36,522 bases of DNA from Octopus bimaculoides (taxonomy: Eukaryota): positions 42,929,935 through 42,966,456 of the forward strand of contig NC_068999.1 of the NCBI RefSeq assembly GCF_001194135.2. Direction: 5' to 3'. Positions 23,291 through 36,180 of this stretch are shown here, piece after piece. Under the pieces are notes generated by a model. That model was not told the origin of the DNA. It saw only the letters and a list, made by a program, of their open reading frames with translations, and did not search any database. Position numbers and translations under genes: made by a program. How positions within the stretch are numbered: position 1 is the stretch's first letter; each line of letters begins with the position of its first letter.

Positions 23291-25544
23291 AATACCGCAA
23301 CTATAGAATGGTTATATACAAATAAGGTAGACTGACAGACAGAAGAACAGACAAACACCAGAAGTAAAAATGACAGAGGTCTGATTTCTTTCCAGCAAGG
23401 TATGAAACAACTTTGACAAAAGTATCGTTTTCTGGGTTGTCTTTGGCAAGATAACATATATTATTCGCTAAAATACAATAAGATAGCCAGGCTGAAGATA
23501 GGAAGACGGGATGAGAGAGAGACAGAGACAGAGAGAGACAGAAACAGAGTATGATATAAAGAGAGAAGAGAGACAAGTAATGGAATAAAGAGTCGGGTTT
23601 AAATAATGAAGGAAATGTTTGAGACAGATTTAAATTAATTTGAATATTTCATTATTTGAGTTTATTGTAATTTTTTACTATCAAGTAACGGGTAGATGAA
23701 ATTGCTGATGATAATGATGCTGTTGGTGATGATGATGACGACAACGATGATGATGATCATGATGTGTGTGTGTATGAATGCGTATACATATTCACATACA
23801 TATATTTATATATACTTCCATATATATACATATATATAAGCATATAGATAGATATACGCACAAGTGTATATATGTATATATATATGTATATATATATGCG
23901 TGTGTGTGTATACATATATCACCATGTACATAACTTTACTTAGTATGTAGGCGTTTATATATATGATCATATTATCTGCGTAATTATATTTATGTACGTG
24001 TATGCATATATATATATATATATATACTGTGTGTGTTTGTATATACACATATATATATATACGTATTATTATATAGATGTATATATATACATACATGTAT
24101 GTATGTATGTATGCACGCTTGTATGTACGAGCGTTTGTGGTAGAAATCTGTATCAATGAATATACGAGTGAGTGTGAGAGAGACCATGTTATTTTCTGTG
24201 TCCATGTATGTATGGATTTGTGTGTGTGTGTGTGTGCGTGTGTGTGCGTGTGTATGTGTGTGTGTGTGTGTTTGCGTATAAGTTTGCCCTGCCACTTTGA
24301 AATAACCTTGAGATGTTTCCTAGAAGATAATTTTACTCTATCATTTAGGTGCCATGAAAGCTGTCAATTTTCCTGCTCTTCAGAATTACCAATGTTCCGA
24401 CAAGAAATCAACCGAAGGTTCATTTTACAAACAAGAAACCAACAACGAGTAATAGAATCCCAAGGGAGCTGATGTTTCTTGCAAGGTTTACTTTCTCGCT
24501 CGTATTTCTTGATCTGTTTTTTTTTATTTTTTTAATATTATTATTATTTTGTTTTGCTTTTCCGTTAAATTTCCTTTCTGAGTAACTTTTAGCGGGGCGT
24601 GTGTGGGTGGGTGGGATTTCCTTGTGTTTCGTTTGGAGAGTTCGAGGAGAAGAAATAATATAAAGTAATACGTGTGTGTTAGAACGGATGTATATTTGTG
24701 TGTATGTGTGTAAAATTCTACGGATGTGAGTTGAGTGTTTCTAATATACGTATGTGTTTGTTGCATGTGCCCGTGAGCATACATATTGGTATTGTTACCG
24801 TCTGAAAAGTGGTAAACCAAGGTATGCATAAATAACAGAGAGATGATCGCGATTGTTAACAGCCTTGATTTATAAGTCTGGTGGATCAAATCAGACCTAG
24901 GAATAAACAACAAGTACACTATTTGCTAGAGGTTGTAGAATTTATTACTATTTTTAGTTTATCGATAACTCGCAAATATAGAAGATTAGTTTTACTACAG
25001 ACGTGCTTTGAATAAAAGAAAAGAAAAAGAAAACATTCTATTAATTTCTTCCTGGCTAATTATTTCATAATTACATCTATGATTATTAATATGATATGTC
25101 TCTTCGTAATATATTTAATTAATAATTAACAGGATATTATTATCCTGAAGATTTCTAAAAAGAATGAAATATATGAGTACTGTTCTAGAAATTTTAAGAA
25201 TTTCGTAACAGATGAGATATAAAATTATTTATGCGAACTCTATGTATCTTCTTGCTTGTATTCTTTAATTTCAAATTAAAAATTACTTCTCTTGTACAAA
25301 CGGCCAAAGTCAAAGGACGCCATTTTCTATTTTTTCCCTGAGGAGAATTGTCAACATCAAAACAGTTTATTATTTCTACAGAGAATCTGTTACAAAAAAA
25401 AGCAGTGAGTATAATAGTTGTCACTGGCGTTCGAGGAGTACGGTCTCTGCAAGTGGTCTCTAAACGACCTACGCAGATGTTTTGTTTCAAGGAGATCAAA
25501 TAGTTGTGCTGCACATTAGATCACTCTCAGCATTAAATCAACAT

Positions 25545-25660
25545 TACCTGAACAGGTGTACGGTGTGTAACATGGCAATGTCGAAATGCTCGTGGAACAA
25601 CGTGAGATGAACTGTGCACCATCCGATACAGGAATCGAACTCACGATCTCGCGATCCTGA
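25545..25660 (-). mobile_element. SINE family B fragment
   Basis: ggaatcgaactcacgatctcgcgatc is nearly identical to ggaatcgaacccatgatctcgcgacc at ~32480 (reverse complement of a tRNA B-box). Confidence 0.6.
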
Positions 25661-25993
25661 CAAGAGAATAGGAAAAAATCATCTGTGCAAGAATTAAATC
25701 GATGGAGGTATATTACAACATAAGTACGTGTGCAAATGCACAGGTTACAATGGGTGTGACCTGTAGTTTGGGTTCTGGGCAAACAGGAAATAACAATATT
25801 GCAGTGCAGAACATAAACAGCGATGAGGAAATTACTGGTAAATATGTAGCGGAAAGAAAATGAACGCATTTCGACATGGGAATTAAAAGTGTAACATGGT
25901 GAGTGACTCATAATGGGGGAGATAAATTGGGACACAATGCTAGGCATACATGTGTGGTTGTGTGTGTGGGGGGGGACTATGTGCGACGAGATA

Positions 25994-26046
<53 letters not shown>

Positions 26047-26730
26047 TATATACACGTATACATAGAGAGAAATATATATANNNNNNNNNNNNNNNNNNNN
26101 NNNNNNNNNNNNNNNNNNNNNNNNNNNNNNNNNNNNNNNNNNNNNNNNNNNNNNNNNNNNNNNNNNNNNNNNNNNNNNNNNNNNNNNTATACATACATAC
26201 ATACATACATACATAGAGAAATATATATGTATGTATGTACGTATACAACATATATATATATATATATATATATGCTTCTATATATGTGTGTGTGTTTGTG
26301 TGTGTACGTATGAATGTATCTATATATGTGGTTACATAAAAAACACGCACACACGTACATACATACATACATACATTATGCGTGTGCGTGTGCGTTTGTC
26401 TATGTGTGTTTGTGCGTGTGTGTTCACACACAGAGACACGTATATACATATATAAACACATATATATATGCGTAGGTACGGAGAGTATGTACATAATTTT
26501 ACGTATCTAATGTATGAATGAATGTATCGCGTATCAACTTGCGAATAAAAATTATAAGTAATATGAAGCGAAGTAGGAAGGCGGTAATACGAAAGGTTAA
26601 AATGTTGGGAAAAAGTGCAGAACCATTAAAGGCAAAGTGCGTTCCATAAATATGAAAGGTTTTCGGAAGTAAGATACGTTTATATGTAGTCTGAATGATG
26701 GGAGTAAACTTGTCATTCTCTCTCTCTCGT

Positions 26731-26841
<111 letters not shown>

Positions 26842-26890
26842 TCGTGTGAATATGTATGCCTATATAAAGCATGTATAAATAGTTGCAGAT

Positions 26891-27133
26891 ATGACTATGT
26901 GGTTTACAATCCTTTTTGAAACCCCGAGGTTTTGGGTTCAGTCCGATTACGGGACAACTTTGGGCATGTGGGTCCCTATAAGAGTTCCGAGCCAGATAAT
27001 GCCTTCTGAGTGAATTTAGTAGAAGAACCCATAGTACCTGCGTGTTACCTTGGGGCAAGTGTCTTTTACCACAGCGAAGGGCCGACCAAGATCTTTTGAG
27101 TAGATTTGTCAGACGGAAGCAGATAGCAAATCG
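26891..27133 (+). mobile_element. Two tandem SINE family C heads (26891-27025 and 5'-truncated 27026-27133)
   Basis: The two halves align: gggttcagtcc...actttgggcatgtg...gagtgaatttagtaga versus accttggggcaagtgtctttta...gggccgaccaa...gagtagatttgtcagacggaa. Confidence 0.7.
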
Positions 27134-27290
27134 TGTGTGTGTATGTATTGAGATAGGGAAATCGAGAGGGAATGTATGTATGTTATTATATTCATATACA
27201 AAGACATGACAGAAGTAAATAGACACCCCATAAAATATCGTTTCATATTTATTATAATTTGTAGAGGTTTATATCTTTTATTAATTGACA

Positions 27291-27462
27291 TTTTTTTTAT
27301 GTTTCAGGCTGTATATGTGACTGTTTAATCATGCTATGTACAAAAGAAGCCTTGGAACTGTCTGAATTTCAAAGAGGCTGTACTGTAGGTCATTCTGATG
27401 GTGGACATAGTCATCGTAAAGTCACAGAAAACCTTGAAATCCCGCTTTCTACAGTTAATAGA
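27291..27462 (+). mobile_element. Tc1-family transposase N-terminal (HTH) fragment
   Basis: [36 protein letters not shown] resembles the Tc1 N-terminus (ELSxFERGxIVG...S.R.IA..L.IP.STV.R). A splice-acceptor-like ttttatgtttcag precedes it. Confidence 0.75.
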
Positions 27463-27585
27463 AATGGGAAGGAGTGTACATCACCTGGCCCAAGTCAACT
27501 GATAGGACCCTTCACTTTGTTAAGTAAAGTGTGGGGGATAATTCTTGTTGCAAAGCCTCTGACATAGCAGAACAAGTTGATGTCA

Positions 27586-27865
27586 GTTGCATTTAAAGAC
27601 AGCTGTAAAATACTAAAGCTCTTCGAAGTTCCTTTTGATCTTAGTACAATTCTCTTTAAACCTTTCCAAAAGCCAAACCACAAACCAGCATCTACGTTAT
27701 GTAAAGCGCTTCTCAAATCAGCCAAAAGCCGTGGTATGTTCCCCAGTAAATAGGATATTCTCCCGCATATCATTGCTCTCCGCTAACTACGACTTTCTCA
27801 ACCAAAAGTCTAGTTACTATAATGAAGCTCTAACTAGGGCTGGTTATAAAGAAAAAGTAACATAG
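27586..27865 (+). mobile_element. Penelope-like (GIY-YIG-associated) reverse transcriptase C-terminal fragment, frameshifted
   Basis: LFEVPFDLSTILFKPFQKPNHKP, a frameshift, then LRYVKRFSNQPKAVV...RISLLSAN.D.LNQ...YYNEALTRAGYKEK. This resembles the PLE pattern FLDVT.DL....YKPY.KP....YV...SNHP......Y..AL...GY. Confidence 0.7.
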
Positions 27866-28426
27866 CTCCCTAAACATAATGATGACAATTGCAATTATAT
27901 ACCGTCTGAGAGCAATAAAGTTAATAAAATTAATACGAGTTGCCCGCGTGATATACTCAATCTAAATGTAAACGGTCATAAAACTTGCTTACATAAATGA
28001 CACAATCCTAATAAGGATGGTAAAAACTGCAAAATGGCAGGGAAGGAACTCAACAATGAATAACATATTCATGTCTTTAAGATAATAAAATTATTGTACC
28101 AATAGTATTAATGAAAATTATCGTGATAATTATAATAGAAGGATAAAAATAACAACCAAATTACTTTGGCATTTACTGTATCTAATATGAATAAGCTTAG
28201 AAATAATAATAAAAGCAAAAATTGCTTGTACTTATATTTAAATCGTTCGTGTTTGCTACCAAATTCTTTACCTTGGTTACCCATAATTTAGTCTTACCTT
28301 AATTAATAATGTAGTAAACCGTATCCAGATAGTCTATTACCCCTATCAATACAATTGAATAATTCCCTACCTGGTTAACCATTGATTATTTCTCACCTCA
28401 GTGACAGATAATTTACTGAACCATAT

Positions 28427-28466
<40 letters not shown>

Positions 28467-28924
28467 GGATGTGTGTGTGTGTGTGTGTCTGTGTGTGTGT
28501 GGGGGGGGCGTGCGTGCGTGTTTGTGTCTATATGTATATATGCGTTTCTCTACATATTTAGTTATATGATAAACGTTTATCCTAATGAATACACACATAT
28601 GTTCGAGTGCGAAATAAATATTTTCTCCGTATGAATATAGAGTTATGGGGAAGGAGATATGGCTGCGTATTTTTATTTCATTTTTCGCTTTAATGTGTTA
28701 ATGCTTTTAGATATCTGTCCTTAGCTAGGAGTGTTCACTTCAAATTGCTTAATTAAAAAACAATGCATTTGAAGGCCATCTGACCTTTAGCTCTATTTGA
28801 AAGTAACTTGTTCAAAACTCTCCCTTGTTTAATGTTTTATGTCTCCAGTTGCCTGTTGCTTTCTGAACGAGTGTATATTATATTTTATTTCATTGATGTT
28901 TTATTGATTATATATACTTTTAAA

Positions 28925-28983
<59 letters not shown>

Positions 28984-29128
28984 ACTCTCTTTATTATTTT
29001 CTTACTACTTTCCCTCCTCTCCCACCCTTTTGCTATCTTTTGTTTATATTAAGGATGGTCAAACCCTTAAACTTAGATCCAACCTCTTCATTGATAACAT
29101 ACGAACGTATTTAGTATTTACATTTATT

Positions 29129-29362
29129 AAGGCGGCGAGCTGACACAACCGTTAGCACGCCGGGCGAAATGCTTAGCGGTATTTCGTCTGCCGTTACGTT
29201 CTGAGTTCAAATTCTGCCGAGGTCGACTTTGCCTTTCATCCTTTCGGGGTCGATTAAATAAGTACCAGTTACGCACTGGGGTCGATATATTTCGACTTAA
29301 TCCGTATGTCTGTCTTTGTTTGTCCCCTCTGTGTATAGCCCCTTGTGGGCAGTAAAGAAATA
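29129..29362 (+). mobile_element. SINE family A, full length, tail type 2 (best-preserved copy)
   Basis: aaggcggcgagctgacacaaccgttagcacgccgggcgaaatgcttagcgg...gagttcaaattctgccgaggtcgac...tagccccttgtgggcagtaaagaaataag. Confidence 0.93.
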
Positions 29363-29363
29363 A

Positions 29364-29424
29364 GTATTTCGTCTGTCTTTATGTTCTGAGTTCAAATTGC
29401 CCCGAGGTTGAGATATCCTTTCAT
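29364..29424 (+). mobile_element. Second 5'-truncated family A copy, head-to-tail, cut by a gap
   Basis: gtatttcgtctgtctttatgttctgagttcaaattgccccgagg repeats 29179-29223. Confidence 0.8.
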
Positions 29425-30059
29425 NNNNNNNNNNNNNNNNNNNNNNNNNNNNNNNNNNNNNNNNNNNNNNNNNNNNNNNNNNNNNNNNNNNNNNNNNNNN
29501 NNNNNNNNNNNNNNNNNNNNNNNNNNNNNNNNNNNNNNNNNNNNNNNNNNNNNNNNNNNNNNNNNNNNNNNNNNNNNNNNNNNNNNNNNNNNNNNNNNNN
29601 NNNNNNNNNNNNNNNNNNNNNNNNNNNNNNNNNNNNNNNNNNNNNNNNNNNNNNNNNNNNNNNNNNNNNNNNNNNNNNNNNNNNNNNNNNNNNNNNNNNN
29701 NNNNNNNNNNNNNNNNNNNNNNNNNNNNNNNNNNNNNNTATATATATATATATATTTCGGGTCATTCATGTATATGTATATATGAAGCATTGTTGTACCC
29801 ACGATGCTCTGGCGATCTAAAGACCTAGTTTCCGTATTTGCATTGATTTGTAATTGTGCACTTTTGCTGCATATTGGTGCAGATATGTAAAATAATTGTT
29901 TATATACACTGAAATTATTATTACACGATGGATGCTGCGAAACGGCCGTAATCCTACGGATATCAAATGGTTATAGATGTGTGTGTGTAAGAGTGAGTGA
30001 GTAAGTGAGTTGTGTGAGTGAGTGAGAGTGTGAGTGAGTATGTGCTTGTGCCACTTGGT

Positions 30060-30262
30060 TCATGCTTGTTCCCTCCACCACCACTTGACAACGAGGTTTG
30101 GACTGCTTACGTCCCTGTAACGTAACAGTTCGGCAAAAAAGACCGATAGAATAGAAGTACATTTAAAAATGAAATAAGTATTGGTTTGACCAAACTCTTC
30201 AAGATGGTGTCCCAGTATGGTGGCAGTGCAAATGACTGGAAAAACATAATAAAATGAAAGAA
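30060..30262 (+). mobile_element. SINE family D body and tail
   Basis: cttgacaacg...ttacgtccctgtaacgtaacagttcggcaaaaaagaccgatagaata...tcccagtatggtggcagtgcaaatgactg. Confidence 0.75.
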
Positions 30263-30334
30263 TAATTCCATCTTACCATTTTCCAAATGACTATGAAATT
30301 TCCTCTGGAACCCCGCCGTTAAGGGAACAAGCGA

Positions 30335-30430
30335 GTTAATCGACTCCAGTACATTTTATTTTTAAATTTTGCTACTTATTCCCACGGTCTCTTTTGCTGA
30401 ACGGCTAAGTACAGTTAAGGAGTAAATAAA
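30335..30430 (-). mobile_element. SINE family D fragment, inverted relative to 30060-30262
   Basis: Reverse complement reads acttagccgttcagcaaaagagaccgtgggaataagta, matching 16596-16633. Confidence 0.75.
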
Positions 30431-31676
30431 ATAAAATAAAACGGACTCCACAATGAGTAAAACAGTCAGGTGATGACAGGAAATGATTAGGCTGCCATTA
30501 ATAATATATCCTTAGCTATAAATCGTTAATTACTTAAGAGATTAATAAAGTGAAATAAAATATCATGGAGTCACATGGAATAAGAATATGGCCACATCTA
30601 CAACAGAACAATTTCATGTTGTTGATGATTCTGTTTGTGATTTAAAGCCTATTCGTATTAGAAATTCAGTTGGGCTGCTAATACTGGTGGTGGTGAAAAA
30701 CAAATTTGCCAAAAACGATGTCCTTCTGTCGTTTATAGGTTTTGCACACGCTACATAATTTCGGGTCATTCAGTATGAGACTGAAACCGCATGACTTATT
30801 GATCAACATATCAAAGAAACAAAAAACAAAAAAAAAAACAAACACAAAAACAAACGGACGAAAAATAGCGAGTTAAGTATAAGTTTAAAGGTTTATGATC
30901 GAAGTGAATGTATTACTTTAAACCGGCATTGTAGTGTTTTNNNNNNNNNNNNNNNNNNNNNNNNNNNNNNNNNNNNNNNNNNNNNNNNNNNNNNNNNNNN
31001 NNNNNNNNNNNNNNNNNNNNNNNNNNNNNNNNNNNNNNNNNNNNNNNNNNNNNNNNNNNNNNNNNNNNNNNNNNNNNNNNNNNNNNNNNNNNNNNNNNNN
31101 NNNNNNNNNNNNNNNNNNNNNNNNNNNNNNNNNNNNNNNNNNNNNNNNNNNNNNNNNNNNNNNNNNNNNNNNNNNNNNNNNNNNNNNNNNNNNNNNNNNN
31201 NNNNNNNNNNNNNNNNNNNNNNNNNNNNNNNNNNNNNNNNNNNNNNNNNNNNNNNNNNNNNNNNNNNNNNNNNNNNNNNNNNNNNNNNNNNNNNNNNNNN
31301 NNNNNNNNNNNNNNNNNNNNNNNNNNNNNNNNNNNNNNNNNNNNNNNNNNNNNNNNNNNNNNNNNNNNNNNNNNNNNNNNNNNNNNNNNNNNNNNNNNNN
31401 NNNNNNNNNNNNNNNNNNNNNNNNNNNNNNNNNNNNNNNNNNNNNNNNNNNNNNNNNNNNNNNNNNNNNNNNNNNNNNNNNNNNNNNNNNNNNNNNNNNN
31501 NNNNNNNNNNNNNNNNNNNNNNNNNNNNNNNNNNNNNNNNNNNNNNNNNNNNNNNNNNNNNNNNNNNNNNNNNNNNNNNNNNNNNNNNNNNNNNNNNNNN
31601 NNNNNNNNNNNNNNNNNNNNNNNNNNNNNNNNNNNNNNNNNNNNNNNNNNNNNNNNNNNNNNNNNNNNNNNNNNNN

Positions 31677-31725
<49 letters not shown>

Positions 31726-31944
31726 TGTATGAGTGTTGAATATGATTATAATGGGGACACAGTCGAAGCTGACAGATAAACCATTGATTGTGCGTTATTC
31801 GTTCGCTCTGTTCGCAATTTCATTTGGTATTTCACCCCGATAACTCCATTAAATAAGTGCAAAGCCCCAGGTTAATAAATGACCACGAAATGGAATTTGG
31901 TTTTTAATTCAGGTTCTCCCACAACAGGAAAACAAAAACTGAGA

Positions 31945-32160
31945 GACAGTATCTAGGTGGTCGGTCCGGTTGCTAGAAATAATAGCTAAATGTTCCTCGG
32001 AATCTCACCCTACAGTGTTAGCAACGAAAGAGTACGCAAACGATGATGTAGTCGTAGGTACACATAACAACAGGGGGTGGTCATGTGTACAGTATCTCTC
32101 GTCATATGATCACAAGATTGTTCGATAATGGATAACCCGGGGCTGAACAGATAACGACAA
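31945..32160 (+). mobile_element. Probable interspersed repeat (family E, SINE-like 3' part)
   Basis: gtggtcgg...tgctagaaataatagctaaat...caccctac...cccggggctgaac is recalled as an octopus repeat; there is no second copy here to confirm it. Confidence 0.4.
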
Positions 32161-32399
32161 CGTTGTGCATTTCACGTTTAATGTTTTCTGCATGAGTGGA
32201 ATAAGACGTAAATGCACACACACACACACATCATCATCATCATCATCATCATCGTCGTTGTCGTCGTCGTCGTCGTCATCGTCATCATCATCATAATAAT
32301 AATCAACATGGTAGTCTGTCGGGTCCGAGAAATACAAAACAACCTGCACAAATGATTCGTTTATAGTGATCAAAGGCATATGCTGCACATTAGCACACG

Positions 32400-32546
32400 C
32401 CCTGCATCAAATCGACATTGTCTGGACAGGTGCAAAAAACAGGTGCAGCACGCTATGTGTTCAAGTGGTCGCAGATTCCGGGAATCGAACCCATGATCTC
32501 GCGACCGTTAGTGCAATACCTTAACCACAAAGCTATGTGCCCTCAC
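32400..32546 (-). mobile_element. SINE family B with tRNA-like head
   Basis: Minus strand gtgagggcacatagctttgtggttaaggtattgcactaacggtcgcgagatcatgggttcgattcccgg has A-box-like and B-box motifs at tRNA spacing. Confidence 0.75.
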
Positions 32547-33603
32547 ATACACATATNNNNNNNNNNNNNNNNNNNNNNNNNNNNNNNNNNNNNNNNNNNN
32601 NNNNNNNNNNNNNNNNNNNNNNNNNNNNNNNNNNNNNNNNNNNNNNNNNNNNNNNNNNNNNNNNNNNNNNNNNNNNNNNNNNNNNNNNNNNNNNNNNNNN
32701 NNNNNNNNNNNNNNNNNNNNNNNNNNNNNNNNNNNNNNNNNNNNNNNNNNNNNNNNNNNNNNNNNNNNNNNNNNNNNNNNNNNNNNNNNNNNNNNNNNNN
32801 NNNNNNNNNNNNNNNNNNNNNNNNNNNNNNNNNNNNNNNNNNNNNNNNNNNNNNNNNNNNNNNNNNNNNNNNNNNNNTATATATGTATATGCATATATAT
32901 ATATATATATATACATACATACATACATACAAACATACATACATACATATGGTCACTCTGATGATATTTAGATCTGTTATAGGGATATTTTTTATCAAAG
33001 ATACACTGGTTTCATAGATTGTATTTTGAAGATGTATTTCTTTAATAAATATATTATAGAATATCAAATATTATTATTAAGTTTGCAAATGATGAGATTC
33101 AATGGAATATAAATTTAATTAATTAATTATCATTGACTACAATTGTTATATTTCACGTCCAATTTAAATTACAAAACATATATAAGTTTGCATTTCAAAA
33201 TAGCTTGGGCGGAAAATCTTCAGAGCATGAAAAAGGACATTTTGATCGGTTGAAATATTCCATGGCTATTATGCGTGTATGTGTGCGCGTGCATGCTTTA
33301 AAATTATTAGTTTTATTTTAATATTCTTTTTATATACTCATGCTTATTCCCCATTTTTTTTAGGAAGGGGTAACCACAACAAGACACACACCAGGCGTTC
33401 GATGAATTTCCCAGCTCAAAGAAGCGAGCCCCGTTCTATGCTCGGGTCAACGTATAGAACCCACCACCACCAATATCAGCAGCGGGACCCGACAGCATAC
33501 GCTGATTTAACCCCGCCGCATCATGCTGGTTCCGTACCCCTTTGAGCAACATCAAATTCACTCATCCGTCTATAAACACTCCCCAAGCTTTTATTATAAA
33601 TTC

Positions 33604-33669
<66 letters not shown>
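33604..33669. repeat. (AAT)n
   Basis: Pure run leading into a gap. Confidence 0.95.
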
Positions 33670-35668
33670 NNNNNNNNNNNNNNNNNNNNNNNNNNNNNNN
33701 NNNNNNNNNNNNNNNNNNNNNNNNNNNNNNNNNNNNNNNNNNNNNNNNNNNNNNNNNNNNNNNNNNNNNNNNNNNNNNNNNNNNNNNNNNNNNNNNNNNN
33801 NNNNNNNNNNNNNNNNNNNNNNNNNNNNNNNNNNNNNNNNNNNNNNNNNNNNNNNNNNNNNNNNNNNNNNNNNNNNNNNNNNNNNNNNNNNNNNNNNNNN
33901 NNNNNNNNNNNNNNNNNNNNNNNNNNNNNNNNNNNNNNNNNNNNNNNNNNNNNNNNNNNNNNNNNNNNNNNNNNNNNNNNNNNNNNNNNNNNNNNNNNNN
34001 NNNNNNNNNNNNNNNNNNNNNNNNNNNNNNNNNNNNNNNNNNNNNNNNNNNNNNNNNNNNNNNNNNNNNNNNNNNNNNNNNNNNNNNNNNNNNNNNNNNN
34101 NNNNNNNNNNNNNNNNNNNNNNNNNNNNNNNNNNNNNNNNNNNNNNNNNNNNNNNNNNNNNTATATATATATATATATATATATTACAAAGACACAACTG
34201 TGTCATGCATAACAAACGAAAGTTCTCAATACGATAGATAGACAGACAAACAGAGAGAGAGAAAGTGAGATACCCACAAATACAGAAGTAAGCAAGGAAG
34301 GAAGAGTGAATGAGAGATAGAACGAGAGATAATGAAAAGAGGAAAGTAAATTAAACGAACACCAAGACAAGAGATTGTACAGAACGAAAGGAACGAAAAG
34401 AAACGAAGAGAGGAAAGAAAAAATTGAAAGAAATAGAAACCTTTGATGGGAGATAGGGAAGAGTTTGTATTATTATAGAGTGCTTCCGAAAATCCCTTTG
34501 AAAGAATATGGTGGCAACATGTTGCAAAAGTACATGTGTTAAATGGCAGTGAAGTTCTGAAGCAAACCGAGATAAAAACGTCAACGAATTTCAGATTAAA
34601 AACTATTTTCAGAAATGAAAGAATGAGCTTATGGTTGAAATCTCGGTTTTGCTGTGTGACAAACGGGAAGAAAAGACAGCGAGATTGTGTCCAAGATCCA
34701 AGATGAGATGAGATGAGATTAAGTTTTGCTGTCCTGTCAACTTCTGTCAGTTTCAAACGAGTTAAGCTAAAAAGAAGTGTAGAGATATGTAATCCTTTTT
34801 CGCTGTGATGGTTCTGTGGTGAAGACTTTTGCTGTTTGGATATCATCTTGTTCCGGTTTCGATCTCACCACGCGGCTGCATGACCTAGACATCTACTATA
34901 TAGCAGCTTCTTAACCAATTGTCGAGTGAAACTTTGAGAGAGAAACTGTTGCAGGTCGCTTCCTACACACACATACACACACACGCACACACACGCACAT
35001 ACACGCACGCATGCACGCAGGCACACACATACTCATACACACATATACGTACAGACATATACGTATACATACGTATATATACATATATACGAACTCATAT
35101 ATACATATACATACACACATACATATATNNNNNNNNNNNNNNNNNNNNNNNNNNNNNNNNNNNNNNNNNNNNNNNNNNNNNNNNNNNNNNNNNNNNNNNN
35201 NNNNNNNNNNNNNNNNNNNNNNNNNNNNNNNNNNNNNNNNNNNNNNNNNNNNNNNNNNNNNNNNNNNNNNNNNNNNNNNNNNNNNNNNNNNNNNNNNNNN
35301 NNNNNNNNNNNNNNNNNNNNNNNNNNNNNNNNNNNNNNNNNNNNNNNNNNNNNNNNNNNNNNNNNNNNNNNNNNNNNNNNNNNNNNNNNNNNNNNNNNNN
35401 NNNNNNNNNNNNNNNNNNNNNNNNNNNNNNNNNNNNNNNNNNNNNNNNNNNNNNNNNNNNNNNNNNNNNNNNNNNNNNNNNNNNNNNNNNNNNNNNNNNN
35501 NNNNNNNNNNNNNNNNNNNNNNNNNNNNNNNNNNNNNNNNNNNNNNNNNNNNNNNNNNNNNNNNNNNNNNNNNNNNNNNNNNNNNNNTCTCTCTCTCTCT
35601 CTCCCCCCCTCTCTCTCTCTCTCTGTCTTTCTCTACATATATATGTACAATTACCTATTTTATACTTA

Positions 35669-35795
35669 GTGTACTGGGGCAACAAAAAATGAAACGTTCT
35701 GCTCGAGGACACAACAAATCGATCACTAGTGGAATCGAATCCCAATTTTACGATCGTGAGTACAACAGCCTAAGTAATAAACTACAAACCTTCAC
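35669..35795 (-). mobile_element. SINE family B fragment
   Basis: tgaaacgttctgctcgaggacacaac...ggaatcgaatcccaattttacgatcgtgagtacaacagcctaa. Confidence 0.7.
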
Positions 35796-35884
35796 CGAGC
35801 GGTATATGGTTGTTGCTTTCGAGCGATTCTTTGTTGTAGCCTTTGAATGGTTCCACAACACTTACTAAGCTGGCAGGCCAACAT

Positions 35885-36046
35885 TCGTCCTGAACAGGGC
35901 ACAGGTCCGTCACAAAGTTTCCCGTTTACAGGTGGGCATATAGGAGCAACATAAAATGAAGTGCTTTGCTCAAGTATATAATGCACCGCCCCTCAGGAAA
36001 TTCGAAACCACGATCTTTGTAATCGCAAATGCAACACTGCTTCACC
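35885..36046 (-). mobile_element. SINE family B fragment
   Basis: ggagcaacataaaatgaagtgctttgctcaag...ttcgaaaccacgatct. Confidence 0.7.
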
Positions 36047-36180
36047 GAGTTCTATATGATTGTCAAACGAAAATGTGGAATTGAAACCCAAATCGAAGTT
36101 TAATAAACTTGTATTTTCATTTGGTATTTTAATCGATTGCAATTTCGTTTCCAGCTCCATTTAATGAATGTCAGTGAGTA

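Noticed and set aside
24347-24472. Possible plus-strand exon (MKAVNFPALQ... or CHESCQFSC...)
   Set aside because: Two frames are equally open, the donor is weak and there is no homology.
25144-25180. CUGAAGA-UUUCU-AAAA-AGAAU-GAAA
   Set aside because: U-U at the base of stem II and no stem I; likely chance in AT-rich DNA.
34226-34846. 206-aa minus-strand ORF and 75-codon plus-strand frame
   Set aside because: Partly low complexity; no recognisable domain or convincing exon boundaries.
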